DNA of 64,000 bases from a plasmid: the sequence record NZ_CP123987.1; one strand, given 5' to 3'. Made by a program: the position numbers and the translations under genes. The notes under the pieces are model-generated. The model did no database searches. It saw only the letters and a program-made list of their open reading frames with translations, and was not told the origin of the DNA. Of this stretch, positions 18,559 to 28,671 are shown piece after piece (the stretch's first letter is position 1; every line of letters starts with the position of its first letter).

Positions 18559-20274
18559 ATGACTGAAAAGAAAGTAATTACTGCTCAAGCTCAAGGGCAT
18601 AACGGACCAATTGATTTGGAAATTGGAGTTGAAAATCAAGAAATTGTAAATGTTGATGTAAAGAAACATTCTGAAACAAAAGGTATTTTTAATCAAGTTT
18701 TCTCAAAACTAAGAAATGATATTCTTGATAATCAAAGTTTTGATATCGATGCAATTAGTGGCGCTACTGTCATGAGTGATGCAATTTTGAAATCAGCTAA
18801 AGATGCGGTGGAAGAAGCAGAAGTAAAGATTGATTCTAAGAAAAAAGATATTCCTCATGTAACTGAAGAATTGCATACAGATGTTGTTGTTATCGGTGGT
18901 GGGGAAGCTGGTTTAGTTGCTGGATGTCGCGCCTTAAAATTAGGAAAGAAAGTAATTTTAGTAGAAAAAAATGGTTACCTAGGTGGAGCTACAATCCTAA
19001 ATGGTTCTAATGTAACTGCAACAGGATCTAAAGTTGCTAAGAATATTTTTGGTGATGAAGCGAATAATGATACACCAGAAAAATTAGCAGATGATGTTAG
19101 ACGTGAATCAAAAGATACTAATGTTCCTGAGTTAACTAATTTAATGGCAAATAACATTGGTGATGCAATTGATTTTATTTCTGAATTTGCTGGCTTAGAA
19201 TATCGAAAAGCTCAAACTCAAACACCAGAACATTCAGTTGAACGTCAAGTTGAATTACCAACATCAAGTAGTTATGAATTTATCACTAAAGTTGCTAAAG
19301 CTTTTGAAGAAAAAGGTGGTCAAATCTTACTTGATAGTCGAGTAGAAGAAGTTATAATTGACGGTGATAAGATTACAGGTATTGTGACTGAAGGAAAGCA
19401 TAAAACAACCAAGATTTTTGCTTCAGCAGTAGTCCTAGCTTCCGGTGGTTATGGTGCTAATACAAAGATGCGTGGACCGGAAAGTCAAGGTTTATACTAT
19501 TATGGACCAATGACATCAACTGGCGATGCTTATCAATTCTTAGCTCCATTACAATTGAAGACAAGAAACTTAGGCTGGTATAAAGTATATCCTCATGGGG
19601 TAGAAACTGAACCAGGAATTGCTAAGTTAACAACATATGCATCTAAACTTGCTACTGATATGGGAGCAATTTATGTTAATACAGATGGTAAACGAATCGT
19701 TAATGAATCTGATGTATATGCTGAATTAAGGGATGCAGTCTTAAAACAAAAAGACAGAGTGGCATTCTTAGTAATGGATAAGCGAACATGGGATGAATTC
19801 TACAAATTGTTAGTCTTACATGACTTTAGTGAAAGTGAAATCGCTGATTACTTTGCAAAAGACGGAAAGAGTAATCCAATTCTTGTGAAGGGTAGTTTAC
19901 AAGAGGTTGCACAAAAAGCAGGTATTGATGTAGCTGGTTTAAGTGAAACTGTTCAAAAATACAATGACTATGCTAAACAAGGAAAAGATGAAGAATTTGG
20001 CCGAGATAGTAAATTCTTACATGAATATGAAGGCGATGAATTTTACATCATTGAACAACGTGATCGTTTTGCAACCACATTAGGTGGATTTGTAACAGAT
20101 GCAGATCTACATCTACAATTTGAAAATGGTAATAAATTGGCTAATGTAGTTGCTGCAGGTGAAGTAATCGGTGGAGCAAATGGACATGATTCTATGCCAA
20201 GTATGATGAACTCATGGGGCATTTCTTCCGGATTTGTAGCAGGAAAAGAAGCAGCTGAAATAAGTGAAAATTAA
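18559..20274 (+). CDS. flavoprotein reductase: N-terminal FMN-binding domain plus FAD-binding fumarate-reductase/urocanate-reductase-like domain
   Basis: 571 aa; FMN_bind-like N-terminus (ISGATVMSDAIL), GxGxxG FAD motif VVIGGGEAGLVAG, C-terminal GGANGHDS region typical of fumarate reductase flavoproteins. Confidence 0.75.
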   Translation: MTEKKVITAQAQGHNGPIDLEIGVENQEIVNVDVKKHSETKGIFNQVFSKLRNDILDNQSFDIDAISGATVMSDAILKSAKDAVEEAEVKIDSKKKDIPHVTEELHTDVVVIGGGEAGLVAGCRALKLGKKVILVEKNGYLGGATILNGSNVTATGSKVAKNIFGDEANNDTPEKLADDVRRESKDTNVPELTNLMANNIGDAIDFISEFAGLEYRKAQTQTPEHSVERQVELPTSSSYEFITKVAKAFEEKGGQILLDSRVEEVIIDGDKITGIVTEGKHKTTKIFASAVVLASGGYGANTKMRGPESQGLYYYGPMTSTGDAYQFLAPLQLKTRNLGWYKVYPHGVETEPGIAKLTTYASKLATDMGAIYVNTDGKRIVNESDVYAELRDAVLKQKDRVAFLVMDKRTWDEFYKLLVLHDFSESEIADYFAKDGKSNPILVKGSLQEVAQKAGIDVAGLSETVQKYNDYAKQGKDEEFGRDSKFLHEYEGDEFYIIEQRDRFATTLGGFVTDADLHLQFENGNKLANVVAAGEVIGGANGHDSMPSMMNSWGISSGFVAGKEAAEISEN

Positions 20275-20294
20275 TTTTAAAGGGGATAATTAAA

Positions 20295-21170
20295 ATGGAA
20301 CGTATCGATGGACATACTTTATTAATTGGTTTGATGGCATATCCTATTAGACATTCTATGTCACCAACAATGCATAACAATGCTTTTGCTAAATTAGGTT
20401 TAAACTATGCATATTTAGCATTTGAAATTGATAATGATAAACTAGAAAAAGCTGTAGATGCAATTAGAACTTTAGATATGCGTGGATCTAACGTATCTAT
20501 GCCAAATAAGCAAAAGATTATTCCTTATTTGGATAAATTAGATCCAGCAGCTAAAATGGCTGGTGCTGTAAATACAGTTGTAAACGATAATGGTGTATTG
20601 ACTGGATATACAACTGACGGAACAGGTTTCATGAAGTCACTAGCTGATGAAGGCTTAGATATTCGTGGTAAGAAGATGACATTAGCAGGTGCAGGTGGTG
20701 CTGGTACTCCAATTGCAATTCAAGCAGCACTTGATGGGGTAAAGGAAATTTCTATCTTCAATTTAGATGATGCTCAATGGGAACAAGCTGAAAAGAACGT
20801 TGAAATCATCAATCGTGAAACAGATTGTAAAGCAACACTACATCACCTAGAAGATAAAGAAGACTTTAAGAAGGAAATTGCTTCAAGTTATATCTATTGC
20901 GATGCTACAGGTGTAGGTATGAAACCATTAGAAGACATGACATTAGTTGAAGATCCTAGTTGGTTCCACAAAGATATGATTGTTTTCGATACAGTCTATG
21001 CACCAAGAGAAACAAAATTAATGAAAGTTGCTAAAGAAGCTGGCGTAGATCATGTTCTTAATGGTTTAGGTATGATGTTAGAACAAGGTGCAGAAGCATT
21101 CAAGTTATGGACAGGTGAAGATATGCCTGTAGACTACATCAGAGAATTATTATTTAGCGAAGATAACTAG
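20295..21170 (+). CDS. aroE: shikimate/quinate 5-dehydrogenase (AroE family)
   Basis: 291 aa; substrate-binding SMPNK motif and GAGGAG NAD(P) motif. Confidence 0.8.
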   Translation: MERIDGHTLLIGLMAYPIRHSMSPTMHNNAFAKLGLNYAYLAFEIDNDKLEKAVDAIRTLDMRGSNVSMPNKQKIIPYLDKLDPAAKMAGAVNTVVNDNGVLTGYTTDGTGFMKSLADEGLDIRGKKMTLAGAGGAGTPIAIQAALDGVKEISIFNLDDAQWEQAEKNVEIINRETDCKATLHHLEDKEDFKKEIASSYIYCDATGVGMKPLEDMTLVEDPSWFHKDMIVFDTVYAPRETKLMKVAKEAGVDHVLNGLGMMLEQGAEAFKLWTGEDMPVDYIRELLFSEDN

Positions 21171-21173
21171 GCG

Positions 21174-21941
21174 GTGAATTTGATGAGGATAGTCAAAGTA
21201 AGAAATGTTGAATTCGGTACGGACCGTCCTAAAATAGCTGTTCCAATTACCGGAAAATCAAGTGATGATATTATAAAGCAAGCCGAAACAATTATGTCTA
21301 GTGATAACGCTGATTTAATTGAATGGAGAATAGATTTCTTTGATCAAGTTGAAGATGCTGAAAAGTTGGTTGAAACAGCCAAAAAGCTACGCCAAGTTAT
21401 GGGTGAAATGCCTTTATTAACTACATTTAGAACTCATTTCGAAGGTGGAGTTAAAGAATTATCAGAAGAAGAATATTTCGATATTTGTCGCGTATTGATT
21501 AAAGAAAAGGCAACAGATTTGTTAGACTTAGAATTGTTCAGAAAAACAAGTAAGCTAAAGGAAATTATCGCCGAAGCTCATGAAAATAATATCTATATTA
21601 TCATGAGTAATCATGATTTCGATAAGACTCCTGCAACTTCTGAATTAGAAAGACGACTAACTTTGATGAAGACTTACGGTGCTGATATTGCTAAGATCGC
21701 AGTAATGCCTAATAGTGCACGTGATGTCCTAAATCTATTACTAGCTACAGATAATATGAAGTACAAATTAAATTGTCCATTAATTACAATGGCGATGGGA
21801 GACTTAGGTAAAGTAACCAGAATAAGTGGTGAAGTCTTTGGTTCTTGCTTAACATTTGGTACAGTAGGCGATGCTTCTGCACCAGGACAAATTGAAAGTA
21901 CTAACTTAAAAGGAATCTTAAATACATTAAAGTTTGACTAA
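21174..21941 (+). CDS. aroD: type I 3-dehydroquinate dehydratase
   Basis: 255 aa; type I DHQase fold with the lysine-containing AKIAVMP region. Confidence 0.8.
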   Translation: MNLMRIVKVRNVEFGTDRPKIAVPITGKSSDDIIKQAETIMSSDNADLIEWRIDFFDQVEDAEKLVETAKKLRQVMGEMPLLTTFRTHFEGGVKELSEEEYFDICRVLIKEKATDLLDLELFRKTSKLKEIIAEAHENNIYIIMSNHDFDKTPATSELERRLTLMKTYGADIAKIAVMPNSARDVLNLLLATDNMKYKLNCPLITMAMGDLGKVTRISGEVFGSCLTFGTVGDASAPGQIESTNLKGILNTLKFD

Positions 21942-21944
21942 GCA

Positions 21945-21983
21945 AAAAGAAGTTGAATCAAATTTGGTTCAACTTCTTTTTTT
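21945..21983. terminator. bidirectional rho-independent terminator between aroD and the integrase gene
   Basis: 13-bp stem aaaagaagttgaa/ttcaacttctttt with A-run before and T-run after. Confidence 0.7.
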
Positions 21984-21988
21984 GTGTA

Positions 21989-23107
21989 CTATAAAGAATT
22001 CAATGCATCCGTAGTTTCATCATTATCAATATGAGTATAAAGAGTAGTTGTAGCAGTTGAGCTATGTCCTAATTGTTGTGCAGTTAAAACAAGGTTATTA
22101 GTTTGTTTATACAATCTAGTAGCTAAAGTGTGTCTCAACTTATGAGGAGTAACTCTGACTTTGAAACCTTTAGAGTATTTGGAAACCATTTTTTCAATAG
22201 CAGAGCCAGTAATGCGTTTGGAACCACCACGACTAATAGCTAAGAAGAATGCTTTTTCATATTTATCTGCACGATAACGACTAGCACGGATATCACGATA
22301 ATTAGCTAGATATTCCATTGCAAAAGCGGCAATTCTAACAGAATCTTTTTTATTTCCTTTTCTAAGTACAGCAACTCGATTGTTTTCGAAATCTAAATCT
22401 TCAATATTGATATTAACAACTTCAGATAAACGGAGACCGGATCCTAACATTAAAGCATTGATAGCTAAATCTCTTTCAACATCGCGATTGTAGAATTTTT
22501 TAGCTTGAGTAGATAATGACTGAGGATAAACTTCTTTGATATATTGCAGATATTCATCAGTTTCATCATCTAAAAATAACTTTTCTTCTAAGGCATCAGC
22601 TCTAGCTTGTAGCGTTTGCTTATCAGCCACATTATCAATACTTTGCATAACGTCGTGTGTTAAAAAAGGTTTTTCTTGAGAGTTATTAGCACTTCTGCTT
22701 AAGAACTTAAATATCACCTTTAAAGCAGTGATATTGCGCTGAATAGTTACTTTAGATAGAGTCTCAGTAGATTCTTCTTTATGACCATTTTTATCAAGAG
22801 CTTTTTTATTTTGCTTTTTTCGGCGTAAAAGATAAGATTTGTATTCAGTAGCAGTACGAACTGTAAGCTTATCAAGCGATTCTGGGGCGATGTCACTAGT
22901 TTTATTTTCGTTAATATAATGATTTTCAATCAACCAAATCAAAAATTGATGGAAATTCTTCAAGTATTCAAGAATAGTATTAGGAGAATATTCATCAGCG
23001 GTTTTTACAATAACAAAATCATTCATATAATAAGGGAGCTCATGTAGCAACTCATCGATTTTTTTATTTGCAACTTCTTTTTGCATAGTTATCCTCCGAA
23101 CATTCAT
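21989..23107 (-). CDS. tyrosine-type site-specific recombinase/integrase
   Basis: 372 aa; C-terminal catalytic motifs HKLRHTLATRL...LGHSSTATTTLYTHI (R-H-R-Y family); long N-terminal SAM-like domain. Confidence 0.8.
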   Translation of the reverse strand: MNVRRITMQKEVANKKIDELLHELPYYMNDFVIVKTADEYSPNTILEYLKNFHQFLIWLIENHYINENKTSDIAPESLDKLTVRTATEYKSYLLRRKKQNKKALDKNGHKEESTETLSKVTIQRNITALKVIFKFLSRSANNSQEKPFLTHDVMQSIDNVADKQTLQARADALEEKLFLDDETDEYLQYIKEVYPQSLSTQAKKFYNRDVERDLAINALMLGSGLRLSEVVNINIEDLDFENNRVAVLRKGNKKDSVRIAAFAMEYLANYRDIRASRYRADKYEKAFFLAISRGGSKRITGSAIEKMVSKYSKGFKVRVTPHKLRHTLATRLYKQTNNLVLTAQQLGHSSTATTTLYTHIDNDETTDALNSL

Positions 23108-23464
23108 TTGATAATAGTATTATACCATGAAATTTAAGTTTCGTGTTAAATATAACTTATACTTTGTGTTAATTCACAATGTAAATATATATGTTAAGTG
23201 GTAAATGGTAATGAAATGAGTCTTACTTAAGAGTAGAAGTAAGACTTTTGATTAAGGAATACAGATGTATTATAAAAAAGAGGGGAATGTAGACAAATTA
23301 CGTGTGAGATAAAGTAATCTTTTTTGAATTAAACTACTGTACGAAAATAATCTTATCAATAAAGAAAATAGTATAATAAAATATAAGTAGAGTATAGTAA
23401 TGTACCTGTACAAAGGTGAATCTAATCATAATGTTATTTCTGTGAACAAAGGAGATGTTCAAAA

Positions 23465-23722
23465 ATGAAAATTACAACTCAAATTAGTCTTGATGATGTT
23501 TTGGATAATTTTGAAAGATTATGGACTATCGTTCATATGAAAGATGGACGAATATTAAATTTATATATCGTTGATGTTGATGATGAGTTCCAGAGAAATG
23601 ATGAAGAAGATGAACCAGAGTTAAAAGCTATCGTTTATAACACTACAGGTAGTAATTCGTATGGAAATGGGATTGCTTTTGATGATATTGACAGTATTGA
23701 ACTAGATCCTGACAAAAATTAA
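23465..23722 (+). CDS. small hypothetical protein, tandem paralog 1
   Basis: 85 aa; shares ILNLYIVDVDDEF...YNTTGSNSYGNGIAFDDIDSIEL with the next ORF. Confidence 0.5.
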   Translation: MKITTQISLDDVLDNFERLWTIVHMKDGRILNLYIVDVDDEFQRNDEEDEPELKAIVYNTTGSNSYGNGIAFDDIDSIELDPDKN

Positions 23723-23771
23723 TTAAAAAGCTGTCATACAATTTAAACTTTACTGGAGGAGTTGAGAATTA

Positions 23772-24005
23772 ATGAAAATAAATAAAGAAACTAAACTTTG
23801 GGACGTTATAAAAGCTTTTAATTGGAAATGGTGTGTAGTTACTTTAAAGAATGGTAAAAGAATAAAATTATATATTGTAGATGTAGATTATGAAGCATTT
23901 GGGTATAATATTATAGTTTATAATTATACTGGTAGTAATTCTTATGGTAATGATATTCCATTTAGCGATATAGATGAAATTGAATTATATAAGAGTGAGG
24001 AGTAA
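23772..24005 (+). CDS. small hypothetical protein, tandem paralog 2
   Basis: 77 aa; KLYIVDVDYEAF...YNYTGSNSYGNDIPFSDIDEIEL. Confidence 0.5.
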   Translation: MKINKETKLWDVIKAFNWKWCVVTLKNGKRIKLYIVDVDYEAFGYNIIVYNYTGSNSYGNDIPFSDIDEIELYKSEE

Positions 24006-24050
24006 TATTGATCTAGATTTAAGTAGTCTCAAGAGATTGGAGAGATACTA

Positions 24051-24275
24051 ATGAAAGCTATAGATGTTCTTTATTTAGAAAGTGAAGATATTTCATGTAT
24101 TACTATACAAAGAACGGATATTGTGGCAGGTCAAAAGATAATTGATAAAAATGACACAACATTTGAAGTATATGGTCTTGTTCCTAATGGCCGTGGATTG
24201 CTTAATGGAATTTCTAGTTTATTAGTCCATGGAAAATTCGAAGGAAATATTGTGAATTTGGTAGATGAAGAATAG
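24051..24275 (+). CDS. small hypothetical protein
   Basis: 74-aa ORF co-oriented with the paralog pair. Confidence 0.35.
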   Translation: MKAIDVLYLESEDISCITIQRTDIVAGQKIIDKNDTTFEVYGLVPNGRGLLNGISSLLVHGKFEGNIVNLVDEE

Positions 24276-24357
24276 ATAATAGCTATTAAACTGCTTTTTA
24301 CAATTAAAAACTACTAGTAATTATTAGTTTAAAAAGGTATTGATACTTTTATAGGAA

Positions 24358-25179
24358 GTGATAGAAATGTGTACAGCAATTACTTTAAATGGTAATAGTA
24401 ATTACTTTGGAAGAAACTTAGATTTAGATTTTTCATATGGTGAGGAGGTAATCATTACTCCGGCTGAATATGAGTTTAAATTTAGAAAGGAAAAAGCTAT
24501 AAAGAATCATAAATCATTAATAGGTGTTGGAATTGTCGCTAATGATTATCCACTGTATTTTGATGCTATTAATGAGGATGGACTAGGAATGGCAGGATTG
24601 AATTTTCCTGGAAATGCATATTATAGCGATGCTTTAGAGAATGATAAAGATAATATTACGCCGTTCGAGTTTATTCCATGGATTCTGGGACAGTGTAGCG
24701 ATGTTAATGAAGTAAGAAATTTAGTTGAAAGAATAAATCTCATTAATCTTAGTTTTAGCGAACAGTTACCTTTAGCAGGATTACATTGGTTAATTGCTGA
24801 TAGAGAAAAATCCATCGTAGTAGAAGTAACTAAATCTGGAGTACATATTTATGATAATCCAATTGGAGTATTGACTAATAATCCAGAATTTAATTATCAG
24901 ATGTACAATCTGAATAAATATCGCAATTTATCTATCAGTACACCACAAAATACATTCTCAGATAGCGTGGATTTAAAGGTAGACGGTACTGGTTTTGGTG
25001 GTATTGGCTTACCAGGCGATGTATCTCCCAAATCTCGTTTTGTGAGAGTTGCTTTTAGTAAGTTAAATTCAAGTAAAGGGACGACCGTAGAAGAAGATAT
25101 TACTCAGTTTTTCCATATACTAGGGACAGTAGAACAGATAAAGGGCGTTAATAAGACAGTTAGTTACATATCCATTTGA
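24358..25179 (+). CDS. choloylglycine hydrolase / linear amide C-N hydrolase (Ntn, Cys2 nucleophile) family protein, apparently C-terminally truncated
   Basis: starts MCTAITLNGNSNYFGRNLD (Cys2 N-terminal nucleophile, as in bile-salt hydrolase / penicillin V acylase); 273 aa vs about 320-330 for family members. Confidence 0.65.
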   Translation: MIEMCTAITLNGNSNYFGRNLDLDFSYGEEVIITPAEYEFKFRKEKAIKNHKSLIGVGIVANDYPLYFDAINEDGLGMAGLNFPGNAYYSDALENDKDNITPFEFIPWILGQCSDVNEVRNLVERINLINLSFSEQLPLAGLHWLIADREKSIVVEVTKSGVHIYDNPIGVLTNNPEFNYQMYNLNKYRNLSISTPQNTFSDSVDLKVDGTGFGGIGLPGDVSPKSRFVRVAFSKLNSSKGTTVEEDITQFFHILGTVEQIKGVNKTVSYISI

Positions 25180-25331
25180 AAGGAAACAAATAATAAATAA
25201 GTTGAATTAAGCAAAATAACTGGTATCATAGTAGGGTACCAGTTTTATTTATTGTGATAAATATAGAAATTACATTGCAACTATAAGCATTTTAAAACAA
25301 AAAAAGCTGAACTTAATTCAGCCATTAAGTA

Positions 25332-26129
25332 TTATTTGTCTGTCAAGTATATCTTTCTTAAATCTGAAACTTCTTGTTCATTCAACTTCAATTCTGTATG
25401 CAAATAATTATTTATCCCACCAAAGTTATCTTTCATCAATTGCAAAGCATGATTTAAATAAGCTTCATTAACTTCAAATAGGGCCTTAATATTCGCGGAC
25501 ATCACTGGACCCATTCCACTTACATCAGCTATTTTCTTTGCTCGAACAGTTTCTGTATAAACGTTAGATGCTAAGTAATCTTGATGAATTATTTTACTAT
25601 CTACACCTAGTGCAGTTAACAAATAAACAGCTCCCATACCAGTTCTATCTTTACCAGCTGTACAATGGAACAATAGAGCTTCATTTTCTTTATCATTAGC
25701 TAACAATAAATCGAAGAATTGGCGATATGCTTTTTTAGCTCCATCTGTAAGTACAATATCTTTATATGCTTTCAACATATCCTCAAAACCAGCATTTTTA
25801 ATCTTGCTGTAGGTCTTATATCTAGTCTCTTGATCTTTCTTAGTACTACGAGTCTCATCCTCTGAAAAAACTGGATTAAAATGATAATGAACATTATTGC
25901 TAATCCGATCAGGTTCAACTTCCTTTTCAGATATTGAACGAAAATCTACGTCATATCTAAGACCATAGTCATCTAAATAGTTAACATCTCGTTCAGACAA
26001 ATATGCCAAATTAGCAGAACGCAGAATTTTATGCTTTTTAATCTTACGTCCATCTAATGTTTTATAACTGCCTAAATCACGAAAATTAAATCCATGTTTT
26101 ATATCTAGTAATAGTAGTTTTTGTTCCAT
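25332..26129 (-). CDS. tyrosine-protein phosphatase (CX5R family)
   Basis: 265 aa with HCTAGKDRTG P-loop. Confidence 0.7.
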   Translation of the reverse strand: MEQKLLLLDIKHGFNFRDLGSYKTLDGRKIKKHKILRSANLAYLSERDVNYLDDYGLRYDVDFRSISEKEVEPDRISNNVHYHFNPVFSEDETRSTKKDQETRYKTYSKIKNAGFEDMLKAYKDIVLTDGAKKAYRQFFDLLLANDKENEALLFHCTAGKDRTGMGAVYLLTALGVDSKIIHQDYLASNVYTETVRAKKIADVSGMGPVMSANIKALFEVNEAYLNHALQLMKDNFGGINNYLHTELKLNEQEVSDLRKIYLTDK

Positions 26130-26201
26130 ATAATCCCTCCATGGAGTGTGGCTTTAAATATGATTTTAACAAAAAATAAGCCTATTACCAAATATAAGTT
26201 A

Positions 26202-26807
26202 TTATATCCAGTTTCGTTTTTCAGCTAAATTTACAGCTTCTAAGCGCGAACGTGTTCCTGTCTTACTGAGAATAGAGGAGATATAATTTCTAATAGTACC
26301 TTCAGACAAGAAAAATTTTTGTGCCAATTCTTTAGTTGAAGCACAAGTTTTTAAAGCAGCCAGAATTTCTTGCTCGCGATTTGTTAGGGGATTATCAACA
26401 GTGTTCAAAACACTAGTAACAAGTTTAGGATCAAATACTGCATCACCATTCATTATCATTTTTATTGCATTAACCAAAGAATCACTTGGACTATCTTTTA
26501 ATAAATATCCATTAACCCTTGCTGCAAGGGCGTCTTTGAAATATTTGCTACGTGCAAATGTAGTTAAAATTATGATTTTTATATCTAATTTCATTAGCCG
26601 AAGTTGCTTGGCAATTTCTAATCCAGAAAGTCCTGGCATTTCAATATCCAGAATAGCGACATCTGGTTTTAGCGTAATAACTTTTTCCAATGCTGCCTGA
26701 CCATCTGTTTCAGTTCCGACTACCGAAAAATCATCTTCTAAATCAAGTAACATCGCCAAAGCACTATTTAACATTTGCTGATCTTCAGCCAAAAATATAC
26801 TGACCAT
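26202..26807 (-). CDS. response regulator, NarL/LuxR type
   Basis: REC domain with LDIEMPG and C-terminal LuxR HTH (LTNREQEILAA...). Confidence 0.85.
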   Translation of the reverse strand: MVSIFLAEDQQMLNSALAMLLDLEDDFSVVGTETDGQAALEKVITLKPDVAILDIEMPGLSGLEIAKQLRLMKLDIKIIILTTFARSKYFKDALAARVNGYLLKDSPSDSLVNAIKMIMNGDAVFDPKLVTSVLNTVDNPLTNREQEILAALKTCASTKELAQKFFLSEGTIRNYISSILSKTGTRSRLEAVNLAEKRNWI

Positions 26808-26809
26808 TC

Positions 26810-27931
26810 TTAATCACCCTTTACAATAGGAATACTTATATCTATTTTAGCACCATTGTCATTATCAAAATTAACATTACCATCTAGATAATCAATTCTC
26901 TTTTTTATTCCAGATAAACCAAATGATTTTTTGTAAGATATATTTTTATCAAAACCAATCCCATTATCATGTACAGTTATTAAATATTGATTTTTGTTCT
27001 GACTAAAAGTAACACTAAAGAGATTTCCATGACTGTAGCGAATAGCATTAGTAACCAACTCAGTAATAATTTGACTTATTGTATTTTGAATATCCTTATT
27101 CCAATCTACTGTAATCTCTTCGTTTTTTGTATGTAGCATTATACCAGATTTATCCAGATTAGATTGTTGTATATCCAAAGTTTGTAGTATTGTAGAATGT
27201 TTCATATCTGCTACAATTTCTCTAACCAAGTCTAAATTTTGACGAGAAGCCGCTGCAATGTCTTTTAATTGTTGTTTAGCCAATACTGGATCTTTCTCCA
27301 GTAATTTCTCAGCTAATTCAGCTTTTAGGGCAAGCATAGAAAAGGATTGTCCCAAATTATCATGTAATTGTTGAGCTATTCTATCACGTTCACTGTGCCT
27401 AGTTATTAATTCTAAACGATTATTTTGTTTTCCTAAACGATAGCTCTTTGATAAAGAATTTGAAGCTGGAATTGTTCCAAAAATGAATAAATAATTGATA
27501 ATAGCTGCTGGTACATCTCCCACTGCCATACTGGGTAATGGATAAGCTAGATATAAACTTATCGTAGATAAAACATAATAAGGAACAATCACTAATTTGG
27601 CGTTTTTCATATTAATACTAAAGGTTCCAATAATAAAGCCCGTATAAATATATAAAAATGGATATCTTGCAAAGAAAGAGAGTGTAGCCGCCAAAATTAA
27701 TTGACAAAAGATATTAATAACTACTCCTTTATCTCTGGCTAAAAAACAATCTCTGTAAACTTTGACAAAAATAATTAGTAAAATTAACGTTATATTACGC
27801 ATAATAGTGGGCAATGTAAGTAACACACTTACTGCTGGAAATAACCATAGTAACCAGAAATAAGGAGCTAGTCCTACGTAACTTGGAAATAATACGTGCT
27901 TTTTTAGAAACTTCTTCATTAGTTTTTCCAA
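26810..27931 (-). CDS. sensor histidine kinase (HisKA_3 type), membrane bound
   Basis: multi-TM N-terminus; ERDRIAQQLHDNLGQS H-box; HATPase region. Confidence 0.8.
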   Translation of the reverse strand: MEKLMKKFLKKHVLFPSYVGLAPYFWLLWLFPAVSVLLTLPTIMRNITLILLIIFVKVYRDCFLARDKGVVINIFCQLILAATLSFFARYPFLYIYTGFIIGTFSINMKNAKLVIVPYYVLSTISLYLAYPLPSMAVGDVPAAIINYLFIFGTIPASNSLSKSYRLGKQNNRLELITRHSERDRIAQQLHDNLGQSFSMLALKAELAEKLLEKDPVLAKQQLKDIAAASRQNLDLVREIVADMKHSTILQTLDIQQSNLDKSGIMLHTKNEEITVDWNKDIQNTISQIITELVTNAIRYSHGNLFSVTFSQNKNQYLITVHDNGIGFDKNISYKKSFGLSGIKKRIDYLDGNVNFDNDNGAKIDISIPIVKGD

Positions 27932-28671
27932 TCCTTTTTTGAAGTAAATATATAACTAATTCCTAGAGCTAAGACTAACACAACAAACCAAATTATTAAA
28001 CCTACAAGCGAATTATAGTTGATGCTATTTCCATGTAAAATGTTATTAGACAAATTTGAAATGTAGTATGTTGGTGTTACTTTACCAATTTTTTGTAGCC
28101 ATTGTGGAAGTACACTAAGCGGCCACCATAAGCCACTACAAATTGCCATAGGAAAAACTAAGATGTTGGCTAAGGCATTGATAACATTACTATCTTTAAA
28201 TGATGAAATCAAAATTCCTAATAAAACGAGAGGCAAACTCATAATAGGAATTAGAATTAATAAAAGTATCCAGACCTTTGTCGGTAATGTGAGATTATTA
28301 ACTAAAATACCGGCTAAACCAATTCCTACAAGACAAAGTAAGTTTAATACTTCAAAAATAATGATCATTTCAATATAATACATAAATTTAGGGAAAGGGC
28401 TTAAATCTATAAATAGTGTAAATTTGCGGTCTATATCGGAACTTAGTGTATGTGCAACAGTCATAATAGATCCAAGTAGAATTCCGTAAATCGCCATACT
28501 TACTAAATAATCTACCTTCCATTGCATTGTATTACTATAATGTGGTAAGGCTTTTGTAAAAAGTAAATAAAAAGTCAAAGGCATTGCTAAATCAAACATG
28601 AAGAATGCCGGATTTCTTAAGATTATGCGTTTAAAATCAATTTCAAGTTGATATAAAAAATTGGTCATCAT
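27919..28671 (-). CDS. ABC-2 type transporter permease
   Basis: 250 aa, 6 TM, overlaps the start of the HK and end of the ATPase genes. Confidence 0.7.
   Translation of the reverse strand: MMTNFLYQLEIDFKRIILRNPAFFMFDLAMPLTFYLLFTKALPHYSNTMQWKVDYLVSMAIYGILLGSIMTVAHTLSSDIDRKFTLFIDLSPFPKFMYYIEMIIIFEVLNLLCLVGIGLAGILVNNLTLPTKVWILLLILIPIMSLPLVLLGILISSFKDSNVINALANILVFPMAICSGLWWPLSVLPQWLQKIGKVTPTYYISNLSNNILHGNSINYNSLVGLIIWFVVLVLALGISYIFTSKKDWKN

Noticed and set aside
21989-23460. Integrase might be a XerS-type chromosome dimer resolvase with an adjacent dif site
   Set aside because: N-terminal region is only loosely XerS-like and I could not find a dif-like imperfect palindrome in the upstream 350 bp; a generic island integrase is more defensible
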